DNA of 64,000 bases, taken from positions 153,420 to 217,419 of the forward strand of contig JAXLZM010000001.1 in the NCBI GenBank assembly GCA_046350855.1. The letters run 5' to 3'. A program made the position numbers and the translations under genes. Source of the stretch: Candidatus Anderseniibacteriota bacterium (GTDB taxonomy: Bacteria > Patescibacteriota > JAUYIX01). Positions 58,319 through 64,000 of this stretch are shown piece after piece (within the stretch, counting starts at the first letter, position 1; every line of letters starts with the position of its first letter). The notes below the pieces were generated by a model, which was given only the letters and a program-made list of their open reading frames with translations, made no database searches and was not told the DNA's origin.

Positions 58319-61306
58319 CTACTGACAAGCTTCGCAGTCGGGATCGTTAATTTTACAAAGCTTAGCTTGTGGAACCTGTGCGGCCGCCTCGGCCTTGGCC
58401 AAGCGATTAGCGGCGCTAGTGGGGTTGGGTGCGGCAAAGGCCGGGGCACCGGCATGCGCGGCACCTGGGCCATCGCTGACCGAGTTTGCCCCTCTAAAGG
58501 CCGAACCAACCGCAGGGGTACCCGCAAAGATTGGTGCTTGAGCGGGCCTACTCGGGAGACGATCAGGGACCGTAAGTGTGGGACGATGAGCGGGTTCAAC
58601 TGGTTTAGCGTTTTCGCGCTTGTGGGTCGAGCCAAAGGTCGAGGCGTTGACGGTGGATTTTTCAACCTGGGAGGCCGCCATGGTGCGCAGGTAGTAGGTG
58701 GTTTTGAGTCCAAGCGACCAACCGTACTGGTAGAACTCTGACAGATCGCGACCGGAGCTGCCGTGGAAAAAGATGTTGAGCGACTGGCTCTGATCGATCC
58801 ACTTGCCCCGGCGCGCGGCGGCTAACATCAGCCAACGGGTGCTGATCTCAAAGACTTCTTTGTATTTGTCACGTAGTTCAGCCGGGATCTCTTGAATTTG
58901 CTGGACGCTGCCATCGTTGTACTTGATCTTGCCGAGCATCTCGTAATCCCAGAGGCCCAGTTTTTTGAGGTCCTCGACCAGGTACGGGTTAACCACGGTA
59001 AAGTCACCGGCTTGGTTAGCCTTAACGTAAATATTTTTGTAGATCGGCTCGATGGAGGGGTAGCTGCCGGCAATGTTAGAGATAGTTGCGGTCGGTGCAA
59101 TCGCCAAGCAGTTAGAGTTGCGCATGCCGTACTGCTTGACCGCCTCGCGCACGGGTGCCCAGTCGAGCTGTCCGCCCCGCGGAATATCGATGCGCTCGCC
59201 TCGCTCTTGCTCGAGAAGGTCGAGGGTATCTTGTGGAAACAGGCCACGATCCCATTTAGAACCTCGGTAGCTTTGGTAAGCACCTTTTTCGCGGGCCAAA
59301 TGGGCTGAGGCCAAAATCGCGTAGTATGAGACGACTTCTTGGGCGCGGTCGCTAAACTCGACCCCGGCCTCGGTATCAAAGTTGATGTTGAGCTGGTAGA
59401 GCGCGTCTTGCAGGCCCATTACCCCCAGACCGACTGGGCGGTGGCGCATGTTGGAGGTCTTAGCCTCGATGGTTGGGTAAAAGTTGACGTCGATCACATT
59501 ATCGAGGCAACGCAGTGCGGTCGTGACGGTGTCTGCTATGAGCGCCTCGTCCAATTTACCGTTGACCACGTGCTTGGCGTAGTTGACCGAACCCAAGTTA
59601 CATACGGCGGTCTCCTCTGCTGAGGTGTTGAGCGTAATCTCGGTGCAGAGGTTGGAGTTGTGCACCACTCCGACGTGGTCCTGCGGTGATCGTACGTTAG
59701 AAGGATCCTTAAAGGTGATCCAGGGGTGGCCCGTCTCAAAGAGCATGTTGATCATCTTTTTCCAGAGGTCGCGCGCCTTCATGGTCTTGTAGAGTTGGAT
59801 TTTGCCCTCTTTGACCATGGTCTCGTAGCGCTCATAGGCCTGGTCAAATTTTTTACCGTAGGTGTGGTGGAGCTCAGGCGTCTCGTCGGGAGAGAACAAC
59901 GTCCAGCTACCGTCATCGCGGACACGCTTCATAAAGAGATCCGGGATCCAGTTAGCCGTGTTGAGGTCATGCGTGCGGCGCCGCTCATCGCCAGTGTTCT
60001 TGCGGAGCTCTAAAAAGGACTCAATATCGTAGTGCCAGGTCTCGAGGTAGACACAGGCCGCACCGCGGCGCCGCCCGCTGCGATTGATCGCATGGGTCGC
60101 GTCGTTAGAGATCTTCAAAAAGGGAATCACGCCCTGGCTCTCAACCCCCGTGGCCTTAATAAAGGCACCTGTACCACGAATATTAGTCCAGTCCGTCCCG
60201 ATCCCACCCGACCATTTAGAGAGCTGCGCATTGTCGCTGTACACCTTAAAGATGTCTTTGAGCGAGTCTTGCACGGTGTTGAGGTAGCAACTTGAGAGCT
60301 GCGGGTGAGGGGTCCCAGCATGGAACAGTGTCGGCGTGGACGGTACAAAACGCAGCGTCGAGATGGCGTTGTAAAACTCGACCGCACGTTGCAAGGGCTG
60401 TTTTTCTGGTAAGGCCAAGCCCATGGCCACGCGCATCCACAAAAATTGCGGGGTCTCCAAACATTCCTTGGTGTCGTGGTCACGCACAACATAGCGATCG
60501 TTGAGGGTCTGGGTGCCGAGATACCGTAGCAGTTCGTCCCGCTCAGGCTTGATGTGGTTGACCAGCGACTCTAGATCGTACTCAAGCAAGCGCTCGTCCA
60601 GCCGCCCGATGGCAACCCCACGCTGGATGCTCCGCACAAAGGCCTCACGCAGCTGCTGGTCTAGTTTTTTAAAGTTAATCTGGTCGCGGCCGATGACGTC
60701 TTTATACATCTCGGCCAGGAGTAAGCGACTCGCTACGATCGAGTAGGCCGGATCACGCTCGATCATAGAGCGGGTCACCATTACCAACGAGCGCGCAATA
60801 TCTTTGGAGCTGATCCCGTCATAAATCTCGGCCTGAACCTGTACCGCGATCTCGTGAGCGTTGACGACTTTTTCGAGGCCAGCGATAGCGTAGCTGAGTG
60901 TTTTTTCGAGCTTCTCGATTTTAAAACCCTGCTTACGACCAGAGCGCTTGGTGACCGCTAGTTGGCCTTCTTCGAGCTTTTCGAGGGCCTCGAGCTTCTT
61001 TTCCTCACGCTGTTTGGCGTGTTGATAACGATAGATAATGTAGGATTTGGCAACATCAAAAAAGCCGCGCTGCATGATCCCCTTTTCGACCAGGTCCTGC
61101 ACGTTTTCGACCGAGGGCGCGCCCTCCCGGTTGAGGTACACCGCCTCGAGCTCGCGGACCACTTGGTCGGCCACGGCCAGGGCGTCGTTCTCGTGCTCAT
61201 TACCCGTCACCGCCAAAAAGGCTTTTTTAATCGCAATGACAATTTTAGCCTGGTCAAAATCAACCAGTTCACCATTACGCTTTTTAATTTTTTGGAGGTT
61301 AGACAT
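58319..61306 (-). CDS. nrdA: Ribonucleotide reductase class I large subunit with ATP-cone and long Ala/Pro-rich C-terminal tail ending in a Cys pair
   Basis: ATP-cone N-terminus; catalytic NxCxE region; C-terminal ...CKINDPDCEACQ. Confidence 0.95.
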   Translation of the reverse strand: MSNLQKIKKRNGELVDFDQAKIVIAIKKAFLAVTGNEHENDALAVADQVVRELEAVYLNREGAPSVENVQDLVEKGIMQRGFFDVAKSYIIYRYQHAKQREEKKLEALEKLEEGQLAVTKRSGRKQGFKIEKLEKTLSYAIAGLEKVVNAHEIAVQVQAEIYDGISSKDIARSLVMVTRSMIERDPAYSIVASRLLLAEMYKDVIGRDQINFKKLDQQLREAFVRSIQRGVAIGRLDERLLEYDLESLVNHIKPERDELLRYLGTQTLNDRYVVRDHDTKECLETPQFLWMRVAMGLALPEKQPLQRAVEFYNAISTLRFVPSTPTLFHAGTPHPQLSSCYLNTVQDSLKDIFKVYSDNAQLSKWSGGIGTDWTNIRGTGAFIKATGVESQGVIPFLKISNDATHAINRSGRRRGAACVYLETWHYDIESFLELRKNTGDERRRTHDLNTANWIPDLFMKRVRDDGSWTLFSPDETPELHHTYGKKFDQAYERYETMVKEGKIQLYKTMKARDLWKKMINMLFETGHPWITFKDPSNVRSPQDHVGVVHNSNLCTEITLNTSAEETAVCNLGSVNYAKHVVNGKLDEALIADTVTTALRCLDNVIDVNFYPTIEAKTSNMRHRPVGLGVMGLQDALYQLNINFDTEAGVEFSDRAQEVVSYYAILASAHLAREKGAYQSYRGSKWDRGLFPQDTLDLLEQERGERIDIPRGGQLDWAPVREAVKQYGMRNSNCLAIAPTATISNIAGSYPSIEPIYKNIYVKANQAGDFTVVNPYLVEDLKKLGLWDYEMLGKIKYNDGSVQQIQEIPAELRDKYKEVFEISTRWLMLAAARRGKWIDQSQSLNIFFHGSSGRDLSEFYQYGWSLGLKTTYYLRTMAASQVEKSTVNASTFGSTHKRENAKPVEPAHRPTLTVPDRLPSRPAQAPIFAGTPAVGSAFRGANSVSDGPGAAHAGAPAFAAPNPTSAANRLAKAEAAAQVPQAKLCKINDPDCEACQ

Positions 61307-61745
61307 GGGAAGTTATCTAAATGGACTAAAGTGGCGCGTTGTGAGGGGCCGTTAGCAAACCTACGCACAAAACTGTGAGTGCGCGGTTGTAAAGCTTTGT
61401 TGGGTTCCGTCCCTGAGGTGCTGGGCCCTGATCCTGCACCGAGCTCTGGTTTGTAAAACGGTCTACGAGGATTGTACCAGAAGTTGCTCCGATGCAAGTG
61501 GATTTTTTTCTCAACAGCTGTGCACAAATGCCGGGTGAACCGACGGGTGGCGACTACTGGCGGCGGGCTGGTTCTAAATGGGAGCGGACACTCCGTAACT
61601 CCTGGTCCTCACCGCATACAATGACGGCAATTCCAAATGCGGTTGTGGAGGAGTTCTTTGCGCCCGCTCCCATCAGCGAGCCCGCCGCTATAAGTTGTCC
61701 GTTGGTTCGTCCAGCGCGTGCGCATGCGTGATAAAGTAACCCAAC

Positions 61746-63592
61746 ATGAAGCTCATCTGGCACTACCTTAAGCAATACAAATGGATGGTCTTTGGTGGGC
61801 TGGTGTTGGGCGCGGTCAGCGACGCTCTCTACCTGGCAGATCCGCAGATTTTTTAGGATCCTGGTCGATAAATACGCCCGACACATCGATACGCTCACGC
61901 GCCATGAATTTTAATGGGCATTATCGGTCTCTCAGCCATCGGTATCGGTGTGGCTCTGGTCGCACGCATCACTCAAAACATTCAGGAGTACTACGTCAGT
62001 GTGGTGACGCAGCGCGTGAGCAGCGCCATGTACGCCAAGGGTATCTCGCACGCGCTCGCCATCCCCTACAGCGTGCATGAGGACCGCAGCTCGGGTTCAC
62101 TCTTGGGGTTACTTCAAAAAGCCCGCACGGACGTCCAGGCCTTTGTCACAGGTGGTGAACATCCTGTTCTCGGCCACGGTCAACATCACCTTTGTGATCG
62201 CCTACGCCTACACGCGCAGCGCCCTGCTCGGCACGATCTACCTGCTCATCATCCCGACCATCGGGACGATTACCTTTATCATCAATCGCCGGATCAAAGC
62301 CTCGCAGGCCGCCATCGTGCGGCAGCTCAGCGAGCTCGCGGGCTCCACCACCGAGACCCTCCGCAACGTCGAACTCGCCTTGAAGAGCCTCGGCCTCGAA
62401 GAACAGAGATGGACCGCCTCAACCACGACAACAACGCCATCCTCGACCTTGAGATCAAAAAGGCCCGCTTGATCCGCACACTCAGTTTTTCCAGGGCACG
62501 ATCCTCAACACCATCCGCGCCTCCCTCGTCCTCCTGATGCTCTGGCTGGTCTACGTGCTTTTAGCCTTACCGTCGGCGAGCTCTTTTAGCTTTTTTGCCT
62601 ACACCTTTTATATCTTTGGCCCGCTCTCGCAGCTCAATCCCGTCTTTAGTCAATACCAGCAAGCTAAGGCCAGCGCAGATGAGGTGGGTAAATTGCTCAA
62701 AATTCCGGCAGAACCGAAACCGACGCAAGCCCACCACCTCGAGCGCGTTAAAGAGATCATTTTTGACCGGGTGAACTTTACCTACCGCTCCGGCAGCCAG
62801 CCCGCCGTAAAGAACATTTCACTCTCGGTCAAAGCGGGCGAGACCATCGCCTTTGTCGGGCCGTCGGGTTCTGGCAAAAGTACCCTGATCAAATTGCTGG
62901 TGCGGTTGTATCAACCCAAGGGCGGCAAGATCTTGGTCAACGGAGTTTCTGCGGACCAACTCGATGTGGATGACTTTAAAGGGGAGATTGGCCTGGTGAC
63001 CCAAGAGACGCAGCTCTTTGCCGGCACGATCCGCGACAACTTACGCTTTGTAAACCTCAAAGCGACCCAAAAGCAAATGCATGCGGCGCTACGGCAGGCC
63101 CCTCCCTCCTCGATCTCTTAGAGCGGGGCGACAAGGAGACTCGATACTAAAATCGGCGAGGGCGGGCTCAAACTCTCTGGCGGAGAACGCCAGCGTCTGT
63201 CGATCGCGCGTGCGCTGTTACGCAATCCATCCCTGCTGATTTTTGACGAAGCTACCAGCAGCCTCGACTCCATCACCGAGCACGCCATCACGCGCACCAT
63301 CCGGGAGCTCGAAACCAGCAAGCAAGGCGGTATGGGCGACGTGATTACGATCCTTGTCGCGCATCGCCTCTCGACCATCGCGCATGCCCAACGCATTTAC
63401 GTGTTAGAGCGCGGTGCAATTATTGAGTCTGGCTCACACCAGGACCTTCTCAAAAAAGCCGGCCTCTATGCCGCCCTCTGGCGCGAGCAAGCAGGCCTCG
63501 GTAGACGTGGGCTCCAAAGCTTAAGCAGGCGGTTCAGCCCTTGTGGACAAACCCTTTACAAGCCCCAGATCGGCGTATACTTAGAGCTGTGA
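61746..63592 (+). pseudogene. Type I ABC exporter (fused TMD-NBD, MsbA-like), disrupted by at least five frameshifts
   Basis: Order-preserving fragments in three frames: MKLIWHYLKQYKWMVFGG (61746-61856), TMD helices, Walker A GPSGSGKST (about 62860), signature LSGGERQRLSIARALL (about 63175), H-loop VAHRLSTI (about 63355). Confidence 0.7.
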
Positions 63593-63896
63593 GAGTAAAG
63601 GTGGATCTTTAAAAGGACTAGCTCAGGCGTTCTTGCAAAGATCGTCCAATCGGACCGGGATTCTTCTTTAAGCCGGCAACAGTTTAGGAATCCGAACACT
63701 TCCTGCCTGACAAGCATGGATTTTACCCCGCGCCCCGAGCCACGCTCGCTCTCACCCCATTTGTCCTCTTGTCGTCCGGGTCTGTCAGTCATACTTCCTT
63801 CCAAACACACTCTCTGCCCAAGGGAAGAACATCACAGGCCAGCTCGTGCTCTCACGACTGGCCTCTGTTTTTTATTGGCCCTCCTTAATTTTTTCT

Positions 63897-63938
63897 ATTA
63901 AAAAAGTGACGGAGACCCAGGTTTAACCGAGTCTCCGC
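63897..63938 (-). terminator. Intrinsic terminator for a minus-strand gene whose body lies beyond the window end
   Basis: CGGAGAC/GTCTCCG stem followed on the minus strand by TCACTTTTTTAAT; a minus-strand ORF ending ...ADYEVFA-TAA at about 63949 continues past 64000. Confidence 0.45.
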
Positions 63939-64000
63939 AAAAAACTACTTACGCGAACACTTCGTAATCCGCGTGCGTTAGGCTTTTTTGTTTTTGTAGG

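Noticed and set aside
61307-61500. NrdR box or cobalamin riboswitch upstream of nrdA
   Set aside because: Only an imperfect palindrome CGCACAAAACTGTGAGTGCG was seen. It does not match the NrdR consensus (ACACwAtATaTwGTGT pairs), and no B12-box (GCCACTG) is present on the nrdA strand.
1-64000. CRISPR arrays, rRNA genes, transposases, integrases
   Set aside because: No regularly spaced direct repeats, no rRNA-like conserved stretches, and no DDE/tyrosine-recombinase-like ORFs were found on reading both strands.

Overview
The window is a 64-kb, fairly GC-rich (roughly 55-60% by eye) bacterial chromosomal segment, densely coding on both strands. It is dominated by information-processing genes: six aminoacyl-tRNA synthetases (leuS, metG, tyrS, glyQS, ileS, argS), plus pth, topA, dprA, recO, rel, parAB, smpB with ssrA (tmRNA), nrdAB, rsmI, msrA, glyA, lepB and an LCP-family gene. 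There is no biosynthetic metabolism, and several proteins look surface-exposed or secreted (DUF11 repeats, a collagen-like fiber, a beta-propeller, Cys-rich repeats). That pattern fits a reduced-genome, possibly host-associated bacterium; this is inference only. Two tRNAs were found (Leu-CAA, Tyr-GUA) and one tmRNA. No rRNA, CRISPR array, transposase or integrase was seen. The most notable region is 46.2-55 kb, immediately 3' of ssrA. It carries an AT-rich standalone ASCH gene, a GNAT-GNAT-ASCH fusion, an unknown protein, a secreted WxG-repeat propeller, and a minus-strand operon of a collagen-like tail-fiber-like protein followed by two tandem paralogous secreted proteins. Other points of interest: an AT-rich free-standing HTH-LAGLIDADG homing-endonuclease gene abutting tRNA-Tyr; mfd and an ABC exporter each broken by at least five frameshifts; a T-box-like motif plus a perfect intrinsic terminator on the strand opposite the ileS leader; tandem Cys-rich YC-motif proteins; and a coiled-coil protein encoded by 24-bp tandem repeats.
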